From Planctomycetota bacterium (GTDB lineage Bacteria > Planctomycetota > Planctomycetia > Pirellulales > Pirellulaceae), in assembly GCA_036338835.1 (NCBI GenBank), contig JAYZBF010000167.1, forward strand, positions 1 to 47,355: a DNA stretch of 47,355 nucleotides, written 5' to 3'. The notes under the pieces were generated by a model. That model was not told the origin of the DNA. It ran no database searches and saw nothing but the letters and a program-made list of their open reading frames with translations. Made by a program: the position numbers and the translations under genes. Shown one piece after another: positions 1 to 8,826 of this stretch. Every line of letters starts with the position of its first letter. Within the stretch, counting starts at the first letter, position 1.

Positions 1-282
1 CTAACCTATTTCTTAGGCTCAATACTAGAAAACAGGCCCTTACTAAGCAAGCTATTTACTGGCTTCTTGTCTAAGTTCCCACGCCAGTTAGCCCAAACTG
101 GTTGTAAAACACCAAAATCTACATATTACGGCATATTTCCTTAAGCATTTACTGATTCTGAACGATTCCACGTCTATTGCTATCTGTTTCGGTATAGATT
201 TTGAATCCGGAATATCGTCCCGAAGCACCCACAAGCCGCGTTGCAAAGGTACCTGCCGCATTATTACGACTGGTAATCAAAA

Positions 283-2907
283 ATGAAACAAGTCGATTTT
301 TACTCTACATGCCTTCGATTTGCCTGGAAGACCGTTGCTCTTACTGGCTTGGCGATGCTTCTTTTTCAACTAGGTTGTAGCCGTACCTTCTATCGTAAGC
401 AAGCAGATCATGAAGCGCTTTATAACCACAAAGAAACGGGACACGACCGCCGCTGGAACATGGAGGACTTCTCGATTGAAATCAACGAACAGAGTCGCAT
501 GTTTAGTGTCGATAATCCTGATCGCCCGGCAATGCCGCCAGATGATGAAGCCGCAAGTATTTTCATGAAATCGGTCGACGGAATGGAGGGTTACGACGGC
601 TGGGAAAAAGACGGCCGGCTTGAACACTTTGAGAATCCGGAATGGCGCCAACATCTGCAACTCGCGGAGGACGGCAAATTACATATTAATGGCCAGGACG
701 CAGTTAGGTTGGCATTGCTGCATTCCTCTGCTTACCAACGACAACTCGAAACAATGTACATGTCAGCACTAGACGTGAGTGCCGAACGATTCGAATTTGA
801 CACTCAATTCTACGGTGGGTACGGTGGCAATTATCGCTCTCGCGGAGCAGCCGTGGCTGGTTCTCCTCGCAGTGACCTCACACTAGCAACTCGCAGTATC
901 CAAATGCGACAAAAATATGCCAAGGGTACAAGCCTCGTAGCCAATTTTGCTAACAGCCTCATGTGGCAATTCAGTGGGCCTGATACTCACAGCACTACGT
1001 CCCTTATCGATATTAATATTGTGCAACCTCTGCTTCGCCAAGGTGGCAAAGACAAGGTTCTCGAGCGTTTGACTCGTACGGAACGTCAGATGCTATACAA
1101 GATTCGAGACTTTCAACGATACCGCAAAGGGTTTTATCTAGACATCCTGACCGGGAACTCGGGCGTCCAAAGCGCCAGCCGTATTGGCGGCCTGTTTGGC
1201 GGATCTGGTCTGTCTGGCTTTACTGGGGTTGGCTCCGGTGGCTTCGGCGGACTCGGAGGTGGCGGTGGTGCTGGTGGCGGAATTCCGCGCTCAGCCGGTG
1301 GCTACCTAGGATTGCTTCAGAATCTACAGCAATTGAACAACCAACGAGCCAACATCACCGCGTTAGAAAGCTCATTGCGATTGTTTGAATCGTACTTTGA
1401 GGCTGGATTCACAGACTTCAACCAAGTCCAACAAACACGTGCCTCGTTCTATCAAGCGGTCAGCGATCTGATGCAGGCCGAATCCACATTTAACGCTTCA
1501 CGCGATACCTTTACCAGCGAAATTGGATTACCACCAGATGTCCAAATTGTCATTACCGGCGATGAACTCAACGATTTCAATTTAATCGATCCCTACATGC
1601 AAGGTCTTCAAAATGAAATTCTAATCATTCAGAATCGAGTCGGCGATTTGATTGTCGGTATGAACATTGCTCCTCAGAGCGATAGCACCCCTTGGACGGA
1701 TGATATTGAAAATGCGTTAAAAAGCTTACGAGAAGAAGCTACCAAGATGGTGGCCATACACCTGCAAATTTCCACGACAGGATTGGAAACTGGCCGCAGC
1801 GATATCGATAAAATGGCAAGCATCATACCAGCACGGAAAGCGTTTGTTAGTCAGGTTAAAGTATCACTTGAAGAAAATAACTTAGTTTCCGACACCGCCC
1901 TGCAAACCGATTTGCTGGAATCAGATTACCTAGACAATCTTCCAAAACTACTACTGAATGACGTTAAGGATGTCACCGATAGATTAACGGCCGTTCAGCC
2001 AGTATATGCCAACCTCGGCAAAGCAATTGACGATCTACTAGCCAATGGAAAAGGTCTGGAGGAAGACGAGCTGCTGAAACAACTTGAAGCAACCGTGATT
2101 TCCATTATGCCTGAGCTGTTGATCAAAATATCCAACGATGCCTTGGAATTGTCCCTCGTACAAACCAGTGCTAGAGCTGAGAGCATTACCTTGATACCTG
2201 TCGACTTAAGTGTTGAACAAGCCTATGAGACAGCCAGCAAAAATCGATTGGATTGGATGAATCAGCGCGCCGGGATCATGGACCAATGGCGATTAATCTC
2301 CTACAACGCCGATAGTCTCGAAAGTGACCTTGATATCGTCCTTTACGGTGGCATCGGGAACACGGGCAACAATCCGCTGAAGTTTCGCGACACTGCCGGA
2401 ACTCTAAAAGCCGGTATTGAATGGGACGCACCGATCACTCGATTGCGAGAACGTAATACATATCGCCAAAGTTTAATTGAGTATGAGCAGGCCAAACGGG
2501 GGTATTACAACTACGAAAATGGGCAATATCTAGCACTCAAAACAGCTTTACGCAATATTCAAATGCAAAAAATCAACTTTGAAGTGCAACGCAAGCAACT
2601 GCAAGTGGCAGCTCGGGGCGTACTCTTTGTGCGGACTCGGCTACAAGAACCGCCAGGTGAAACTGGCACTCGCTTGTCACCTACCGTTGCCCGTGACCTT
2701 ATCCAACAACTGCAAGGATTACAGCGAGCTCAGGATAATATCTTACGAGTATGGGTTGGGTACGAAATTGCCCGCGGCCAACTCGACTTGGCACTGGGCA
2801 CGATGCAAATCGACGACGAAGGCATGTGGATTGATCCCGGTCCAATCGGACTTAAATACGGTTATCCCAATAATAAAGCAAATGATAATGAAGAGGGCAA
2901 TAAGTAA
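283..2907 (+). CDS. Outer-membrane efflux protein, TolC/OMF family, probable lipoprotein; unusually long (874 aa) with an internal Gly-rich segment
   Basis: Long ORF with a hydrophobic leader ending in the lipobox-like LFQLGC. Helical OMF-type segments occur in both halves (AVRLALLHSSAYQRQLE; EQAYETASKNRLDWMNQRAG). It lies directly upstream of HlyD adaptor and MacB-type ABC genes on the same strand. Confidence 0.7.
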   Translation: MKQVDFYSTCLRFAWKTVALTGLAMLLFQLGCSRTFYRKQADHEALYNHKETGHDRRWNMEDFSIEINEQSRMFSVDNPDRPAMPPDDEAASIFMKSVDGMEGYDGWEKDGRLEHFENPEWRQHLQLAEDGKLHINGQDAVRLALLHSSAYQRQLETMYMSALDVSAERFEFDTQFYGGYGGNYRSRGAAVAGSPRSDLTLATRSIQMRQKYAKGTSLVANFANSLMWQFSGPDTHSTTSLIDINIVQPLLRQGGKDKVLERLTRTERQMLYKIRDFQRYRKGFYLDILTGNSGVQSASRIGGLFGGSGLSGFTGVGSGGFGGLGGGGGAGGGIPRSAGGYLGLLQNLQQLNNQRANITALESSLRLFESYFEAGFTDFNQVQQTRASFYQAVSDLMQAESTFNASRDTFTSEIGLPPDVQIVITGDELNDFNLIDPYMQGLQNEILIIQNRVGDLIVGMNIAPQSDSTPWTDDIENALKSLREEATKMVAIHLQISTTGLETGRSDIDKMASIIPARKAFVSQVKVSLEENNLVSDTALQTDLLESDYLDNLPKLLLNDVKDVTDRLTAVQPVYANLGKAIDDLLANGKGLEEDELLKQLEATVISIMPELLIKISNDALELSLVQTSARAESITLIPVDLSVEQAYETASKNRLDWMNQRAGIMDQWRLISYNADSLESDLDIVLYGGIGNTGNNPLKFRDTAGTLKAGIEWDAPITRLRERNTYRQSLIEYEQAKRGYYNYENGQYLALKTALRNIQMQKINFEVQRKQLQVAARGVLFVRTRLQEPPGETGTRLSPTVARDLIQQLQGLQRAQDNILRVWVGYEIARGQLDLALGTMQIDDEGMWIDPGPIGLKYGYPNNKANDNEEGNK
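1186..1281 (+). repeat. Gly-rich low-complexity coding segment inside the OMF gene (GGLFGGSGLSGFTGVGSGGFGGLGGGGGAGGG)
   Basis: Read directly from the translation of 283..2907. The DNA is a run of ggc/ggt/gga codons. Confidence 0.9.
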
Positions 2908-3206
2908 ACGAACCAACGAACATTTGTGTGTCCACGATATACCAATTTAAAATTAACCCTAAAAATGCCGCAACAGATTCCGCCTTCTAGGGTTGTATAA
3001 ATGCCATAAAACTGGCGCTTTCTCTCTTACAAATTAAGGTTGCCTGAGTAGATAATGGTACTCTATAGAGAGCAGGCAATATTAATATATCGCTTTCCAC
3101 CCCAGCATGCTTATCGTCATGTTCATAACGCCATAACGCTTCATTTCCAAACCAACTAAAGCAGTTGATTAGATCAAAATTCATTTTTAGAAATAGTTAC
3201 TAACAT

Positions 3207-5183
3207 ATGAACACTCACCATTACACACGCCGCAATGGAAACGCCACAATCATCCTTCTGGTTATTGCCTGTCTCGTAGTCGCACTTGGCTATTATGCTT
3301 ACGCGTCAATGAAAACTGCGCTCACACAGGATAACATTGCCAGCTTTCAATTCCGCGAAGTTGAAAGTGGGTTGTTTAAGCACACCGTGATCGAATCTGG
3401 GGTCATCGAAAGTTCACAGAACATCGACATCATCTGTAATGTGCGATCTAGGGCTGGTGGAGTACAAATCATCTGGGTTATCGAAGAAGGTACTCAAGTC
3501 CAAAAGGGAGACAAGCTCGTCGAACTCGATACCACCACACTTGAAGATAGTCTGCAACAACAACAGCTAATCATGAACCGAGCGAGCTCTACTAAAATTT
3601 CGGCGGATGCGGCTGTCCGCCGAGCGGAGATCGCGCGGCAAGAATATCTGGAAGGCACATTCAAGCAAAACGAACAACTCATTGAATCTAATATTCTTAT
3701 TGCCAAACAAAATCTTTCCACGGCACTCGACAAAGCTGCCTTTAGTGAACGTCTCGCAGCCAAAGGTTTCGTGACGCAACAGCAACTACAGGCCGATCGC
3801 TTTGCCGTGAAACGAGCAAATCTAGATATGTCCTTGAAAGAAAATGAACTGCGGACATTGCGTGACATTACAAAACAAAAAATGCTCGTTGGATTTGACG
3901 CCGACATAGAAACCGCTAAGGCCTCGATGCAAGCTGAAGAAAAAAACTATGTCGAAGAAGAGAAACAGCTTACCGAAATTAAACAACAAATTGAAAACTG
4001 TATGGTCTATGCTCCGGACGATGGGCAAGTTGTTTACGCCAACCAGCAAAGCTCTCGAGGTGGTTCCGAATTTATTGTCGAAGCGGGTGCGACTGTACGT
4101 GAACGACAGTCGATCATTAAACTACCTGACCCAGAACAGATGCAGGTGAAAGCGAAGGTAAACGAAGGCCGTATCGCCTTTATTCGAAAGGGCCAGCGAG
4201 TCGATGTAGTTGTTGGTGCGTTAGAAGGACAGATATTACAAGGCGTTGTTTCCAAGGTCAACAAGTATCCCGAAGCATCTAGTTGGTTTAACTCCGAAGT
4301 TAAAGAATTTGCAACCTACATTAAGATACTCGATCCACCTGAGGCAATTCGTACTGGGTTAACTGCCGAAGTAGAAATGCTCGTTAATACAATGGCGAAT
4401 CAAACGATGATCCCTGTACAAACATTGCATGAAGACCAGGGGCAAGCATTTTGCCTAATCAAACGTCCTTATGATAGCAAGAACCAACTGCACAGCCAAA
4501 AATTGGGCGGTAAGCATGGTGACGTAAATGCGGAGTTCTCTGTTGAGATCGTTCCAGTTGAATATGCTGCCAGTAACAATAAATTTCTCGCAATTACCAG
4601 TGGTCTAAAAGCGGGTGACATGGTCGTTATGAACCCTCGTAGTGAAGAAGAAATTCTTAACAACCTCGTCATTAACTATCGTGCCCGTAAAGCAATGGAT
4701 CTGTTTGATACGGACAAGAATAAAGCGTTGTCACCAGATGAAGTTCAGACCATGAATGGTCGCCTTGGATTTGAAGGCATTACAAGCTTTAACCATGTCG
4801 ACAAAAACTCCGATGGCAAAATTGATGTGGATGAACTTGGTGCCTTAATCGAGCAAACGCAAGAGCCACTGGAAATCAAAATTGAAAAGGAAGTCCCTAT
4901 TGAAGAAGCTGTTGAGGAAGAGGACGAAGATCCATTAGCGGAGTTCAAAGAACAAGCGGAATCCATGGTAGGGCGTATGTGGCCAAGAATAGATGCCAAT
5001 GGCGATGGGAAACTTGACGCAGAAGAAATCTCTTCTTCACGAGATCCTGCAAGTATGAAAAAAGCCGATACCAATAAAGATGGTGAGATTTCAAAAGAAG
5101 AATTCATCAACAGCATGGCTATACGCATGAAAGCAAATGCCGAGTCCGGCGGTAGCGGTTTTGGTGGTGGAGGTAGGCAATAG
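3207..5183 (+). CDS. HlyD/MacA-family membrane fusion (periplasmic adaptor) protein with a C-terminal four-EF-hand module
   Basis: N-terminal TM helix (IILLVIACLVVALGYYAYA), lipoyl-like block (VQKGDKLVELD), a long coiled coil, and beta-barrel blocks (VYAPDDGQVVY, IIKLPDP). The C-terminal ~160 aa carries four canonical EF-hand loops. Confidence 0.85.
   Translation: MNTHHYTRRNGNATIILLVIACLVVALGYYAYASMKTALTQDNIASFQFREVESGLFKHTVIESGVIESSQNIDIICNVRSRAGGVQIIWVIEEGTQVQKGDKLVELDTTTLEDSLQQQQLIMNRASSTKISADAAVRRAEIARQEYLEGTFKQNEQLIESNILIAKQNLSTALDKAAFSERLAAKGFVTQQQLQADRFAVKRANLDMSLKENELRTLRDITKQKMLVGFDADIETAKASMQAEEKNYVEEEKQLTEIKQQIENCMVYAPDDGQVVYANQQSSRGGSEFIVEAGATVRERQSIIKLPDPEQMQVKAKVNEGRIAFIRKGQRVDVVVGALEGQILQGVVSKVNKYPEASSWFNSEVKEFATYIKILDPPEAIRTGLTAEVEMLVNTMANQTMIPVQTLHEDQGQAFCLIKRPYDSKNQLHSQKLGGKHGDVNAEFSVEIVPVEYAASNNKFLAITSGLKAGDMVVMNPRSEEEILNNLVINYRARKAMDLFDTDKNKALSPDEVQTMNGRLGFEGITSFNHVDKNSDGKIDVDELGALIEQTQEPLEIKIEKEVPIEEAVEEEDEDPLAEFKEQAESMVGRMWPRIDANGDGKLDAEEISSSRDPASMKKADTNKDGEISKEEFINSMAIRMKANAESGGSGFGGGGRQ
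4674..5126 (+). other. EF-hand Ca2+-binding module (four loops in two pairs) at the C-terminus of the adaptor protein
   Basis: Loops are DTDKNKALSPDE (4707-4742), DKNSDGKIDVDE (4800-4835), DANGDGKLDAEE (4992-5027) and DTNKDGEISKEE (5067-5102). All have D at position 1, D/N at positions 3 and 5, and E at position 12. Confidence 0.8.
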
Positions 5184-6067
5184 TGACCGTAGCTGCACTT
5201 ACAGTTAAAGACCTCACCAAAGACTACATCACTAAATCGGAAACCGTGCATGCTCTGAGGAGCGTTACGTTTGATGTTCCTGAAGGTGATTATGTCTCCA
5301 TCATGGGGCCCTCCGGATCTGGTAAAAGTACGCTGCTCAATATGATCGGCTGCCTAGATCGTCCGACCGATGGGCTATTGATACTAGGCGATGACAACGT
5401 TGCCCATATGACCGATAATCAGTTAGCCGACGTGCGTGCTGCTCGTATCGGTTTTGTCTTTCAATCTTACAACCTCATTGCCCAGCTTTCCGTCGTGGAA
5501 AATATTCAAGTGCCGCTATTTTACCAAGGGAATTTGAACCGGCAAGCTAATCGTCGCTGTCGTGAACTTGCGGACCTTGTCGGACTAGGAGATCGTGTCA
5601 GTCACCGACCGACGCAACTCTCTGGTGGCCAACAACAGCGTGTCGCCATCGCTCGTAGTCTTGTCAATGATCCGTATTACATCCTCGCCGACGAACCAAC
5701 TGGTAACTTGGACAGCCGGACGACGGAAGAGATACTAACCATTTTTGAGCGGCTAAACGATCAAGGTAAAACAATCGTGGTGGTTACTCATGAAGACGAT
5801 GTAGCCGAGCGTACAAAACGTATCATTCGTCTACGTGACGGTTTAATTGTCTCCGATGAACTCAATAACCATCGTCTGCGTTTTACTGACCAAAAAACAA
5901 GTGAGGTAATTCCGGAAAACAGCATGGAGGCACTCGAAAAGAAACGTGATGCTCAACTAGCCGCGTTAACTCCAACGAATGTCGAGGCAGACTCCGAAAC
6001 GGCAGCGAATATGCCCAGCGAGCATTTTAGTGATGATGATGACCATATTACCCTTCGAGGGCAATAA
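5183..6067 (+). CDS. ABC transporter ATP-binding protein, MacB/LolD-type
   Basis: Walker A GPSGSGKST, signature LSGGQQQRV and Walker B ILADEPTGNLD. The GTG start overlaps the adaptor stop by 1 nt. There is an acidic C-terminal tail of about 70 aa. Confidence 0.9.
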   Translation: MTVAALTVKDLTKDYITKSETVHALRSVTFDVPEGDYVSIMGPSGSGKSTLLNMIGCLDRPTDGLLILGDDNVAHMTDNQLADVRAARIGFVFQSYNLIAQLSVVENIQVPLFYQGNLNRQANRRCRELADLVGLGDRVSHRPTQLSGGQQQRVAIARSLVNDPYYILADEPTGNLDSRTTEEILTIFERLNDQGKTIVVVTHEDDVAERTKRIIRLRDGLIVSDELNNHRLRFTDQKTSEVIPENSMEALEKKRDAQLAALTPTNVEADSETAANMPSEHFSDDDDHITLRGQ

Positions 6068-6069
6068 TA

Positions 6070-7404
6070 ATGGGATTTATGACAACCTGGGTGCGAACCT
6101 TTCAACTCGGTATCAAGAGCTTATTGCTACACCCAATGCGTTCGATGCTGACCATCCTCGGTATCTTTATCGGTGTTGCCTCAGTGATATGGTTACTCGC
6201 CATCGGTGAAGGAATTAGCCAAGAAGCTCAGCGTCAAATCGAACAGCTTGGTGCTCAGAACATCATCATCCGCTCTATAAAGCCGCCAGCGGAGGCACTC
6301 GGCGATGGAATTGTGGCTGTCTATGGATTGAACAACCGAGAGTATGAAATGCTTTTGGAAACGCTTCCTCAAATCGAACATGCCGTACCAATTAGGGAAG
6401 TAAAGCGAACCTTTCAATTTCAATCTATCGCAGTAGACGGACGACTCGTCGGCTCTACACCAAAGTACTACGAAACAGCCAAACTGACGATTGATCGTGG
6501 TCGTTTTTTGACCGACTCCGATTACGACAAAAATAAGAACTATTGCGGACTAGCCAAGGGAGTTGCCTCTAAGCTTTTTCCCTACCAAGACCCAATTGGT
6601 CAAAAAATCTTGCTGCCTGAGCTCAATGACTTTTTTGAAATCGTGGGTGTACTAAAACATCGCGGAGCCACAGCTGGAATCGGTGGTTCCTTTGCCGCAC
6701 AAGACTATACTAAAGACGTCTATATTCCACTGACAACAATGAAGCAGCGATTAGGGCGAACCATTTTCCGCCGCGTCGGTGGTTCCTTTGGTGGCGAGTT
6801 CGTCGAACTCAATCAAGCGACATTGCAAATTCGCAGCGTCGAGGAGGTACTCACGACTGCGGACATGATCCAAGACTCACTACGCCATCACGACAAAATG
6901 GGCGATATCGAAGTCGTTGTGCCGTTAGAATTGCTAGAACAAGCTAAGTCGACTCGGATGATGTTCATGGTTTTTATGGGTTTGATTGCCGGTGTGTCAC
7001 TGCTTGTCGGTGGTATCGGTATTATGAATATCATGCTAGCAACGGTTACGGAACGAACACGCGAAATTGGTATCCGCCGAGCTCTCGGTGCTCGACAATC
7101 CGCGATTATCCGTCAGTTCTTGGTCGAGACTATTACGCTTTCTGTGCTCGGTGGTCTGGTCGGGATCGCTGCGGGTTTCCTCGGGCCGCTTGTCACCATT
7201 CTTGTTCGGGACGGACTTTATTTGTACATACCCGAGCGAATGGCGGGATTGCCTTCAACTATTAAAACCATGACGCCACAAATCGTCGAAGCCTCAGTAC
7301 CCATCGCTTTTGGCATCGCCGTACTTGTGGGCACATTGTTTGGTATCTACCCTGCCATGCGAGCCGCTAAGATGGACCCCATCGAAGCCCTCCGGCACGA
7401 ATAA
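6070..7404 (+). CDS. ABC transporter permease, MacB periplasmic-core plus FtsX-like domain
   Basis: N-terminal TM helix, a large periplasmic domain, and a C-terminal FtsX-type helix bundle (ERTREIGIRRALGA motif). It starts 3 nt after the ATPase stop. Confidence 0.9.
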   Translation: MGFMTTWVRTFQLGIKSLLLHPMRSMLTILGIFIGVASVIWLLAIGEGISQEAQRQIEQLGAQNIIIRSIKPPAEALGDGIVAVYGLNNREYEMLLETLPQIEHAVPIREVKRTFQFQSIAVDGRLVGSTPKYYETAKLTIDRGRFLTDSDYDKNKNYCGLAKGVASKLFPYQDPIGQKILLPELNDFFEIVGVLKHRGATAGIGGSFAAQDYTKDVYIPLTTMKQRLGRTIFRRVGGSFGGEFVELNQATLQIRSVEEVLTTADMIQDSLRHHDKMGDIEVVVPLELLEQAKSTRMMFMVFMGLIAGVSLLVGGIGIMNIMLATVTERTREIGIRRALGARQSAIIRQFLVETITLSVLGGLVGIAAGFLGPLVTILVRDGLYLYIPERMAGLPSTIKTMTPQIVEASVPIAFGIAVLVGTLFGIYPAMRAAKMDPIEALRHE

Positions 7405-7445
7405 TAATTTTATTCGACGTGAGATTGCCCATTGTTGATTGCATG

Positions 7446-8615
7446 TTAATTAGTAGCTAGCACATCTACCAATTGATCCATTTCCGTTTGTGTATGCATT
7501 GCGCTCAAGCTTACACGCAACATGCTCGCACCTACCGGCACCGTCGGCGGACGAATTGCTGGCACAAGCAGCCCCGCGGATTTTAAAGCGGTACTCAGGG
7601 CTATCGCTTTCTCTGGCGTGCCAACAATAACAGGGACAATCTGCGAACAGAATTCGTTTTGGGATTCATGCAACAGCCCAATCGATTGCAAACGCTGGCG
7701 CAAATATTGAGCGTTGGATAGTAGTTGTTCTCGGCGGTGCGGTTCTGATTGAATCAATTGCACTGCGGATCGGCAGGCACTAATGCAAGCAGCTGGCAAT
7801 GCGGTTGAAAAAATATAACAGCGGGCGGAATTGGCGAGCCAATCGGTGAGTTTTTCACTGCCCGCTACAAATCCACCAATGCTACCTAACGCCTTACTAA
7901 ACGTGCCCACGGTAATGTCGACGGCATCTTCGCAATTCAGCAACTCCGCCAGTCCGCGGCCATGTTTACCAAACACGCCAGTTGCATGTGCCTCATCGAT
8001 CATCAACATACAGTCATGTGCTCGCGAGAGCTCCGCGATCTGGACCAACGGTGCGACGTCGCCGTCCATACTAAAAAGCGAATCGGTCACGATCAATCGA
8101 CGACGATGCGATGTAGCGGTGGCTAATAGCTCTGCTAAATGATCCACGTCCTTATGACGGTAAACCAAGACCGTCGCGCCCGATAACCGACACCCATCAA
8201 TAATGCTAGCATGATTACGAGCATCGCTCAGAATCACATCTTGCTTATCCACCAACGCGGCGATGGTACCAACATTAGCCGCATAGCCTGTGGGAAAAGT
8301 AATCGCCCGCTCAGTTGATTTGAACGCAGCCAAGTCACTCTCTCATGCCGCGTGAACCGTTGTGCGTCCCGTAACTAATGGACTTGCACCGCTGCCCCAT
8401 CCAAATTCCTCCAACGTCGCTTGCAGAGTTGGACTATTGAGTTCTCCAGCTAGACCCAAATAGTCATTGCTGGCAAAATTTATCAGCGATACATCGCCAC
8501 TGCAAATCGATCCACTATCTCGATCACGACTCCACAACGGCAGCTCTCGCCGTAGATGTTGCTCGGACAAATTGGCTAGCTCTTCTTCAAGCCAAAATAA
8601 TGGATCGCTGGACAT
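7446..8615 (-). pseudogene. bioF: 8-amino-7-oxononanoate synthase (BioF / class-II aminotransferase family) interrupted by one in-frame TGA at 8343..8345
   Basis: ORFs 8343..8615 and 7446..8333 are in the same frame. Read-through gives ...GRTTVHAA*ESDLAAFKSTERAITFPTGYAAN..., which is collinear with E. coli BioF (VVHQALEEELAEWLG..SGFAAN). The PLP lysine context is present (TFSKALGSIGG). Confidence 0.75.
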
Positions 8616-8721
8616 GGCACTCTTTTTGTAATAAACATCGCAAACAAGTATTTTGAGGATACCATATCAAATAAATCATAGGTCGCATAACCCTAGACCC
8701 AATGGCTCTGGGTATCTTACA

Positions 8722-8793
8722 ATACGCTAATTAGATAAAGTAATAGTACGCTGCAGCGAAGCGATAATATTTAAATCGAAATTTACAGCGTAT
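8722..8793. repeat. Inverted repeat ATACGCT / AGCGTAT flanking a perfect 10-bp palindrome CGCTGCAGCG, in the bioF / ABC-importer divergent intergenic region
   Basis: ATACGCT lies at 8722-8728 and its reverse complement at 8787-8793. GTACGCTGCAGCG lies at 8746-8758, with the palindrome at 8749-8758. Confidence 0.6.
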
Positions 8794-8826
8794 CACACTG
8801 ATTGTCAGAAAAAGAAAGCCGGTCAA

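Noticed and set aside
1186-1281. GGN-rich DNA, considered as a tandem repeat or CRISPR-like array.
   Set aside because: It is in frame within a long ORF and simply encodes a Gly-rich peptide. It has no regular repeat-spacer structure. No CRISPR-like periodic repeats were seen anywhere in the window.
2955-2994. 7-bp inverted repeat AACCCTA ... TAGGGTT downstream of the OMF stop, considered as a possible terminator.
   Set aside because: The loop is 26 nt, the stem only 7 bp, and no U-tract follows. It is too weak to call.
2987-3184. 65-aa minus-strand ORF in the AT-rich gap between the OMF and adaptor genes.
   Set aside because: It is short, has no RBS or recognisable motif, and sits in a likely promoter region. 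There is no evidence beyond being open.
4745-5251. 168-aa minus-strand ORF opposite the EF-hand region. Similar long antisense ORFs occur at 8841-9329, 28518-29063, 39741-40187, 41377-41793 and 43227-43586.
   Set aside because: Each lies entirely antisense to or overlapping a gene with strong family motifs. Their translations are low-complexity (Ser/Pro/Cys/Arg-rich) with no motifs. They are typical shadow ORFs.
8343-8345. In-frame TGA of bioF, considered as selenocysteine or an alternative genetic code.
   Set aside because: The position aligns with a conserved structural Leu, not a redox-active Cys. TGA is used as a genuine stop by other genes in this window. No convincing downstream hairpin was noticed. 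A nonsense mutation or sequencing error is more parsimonious.
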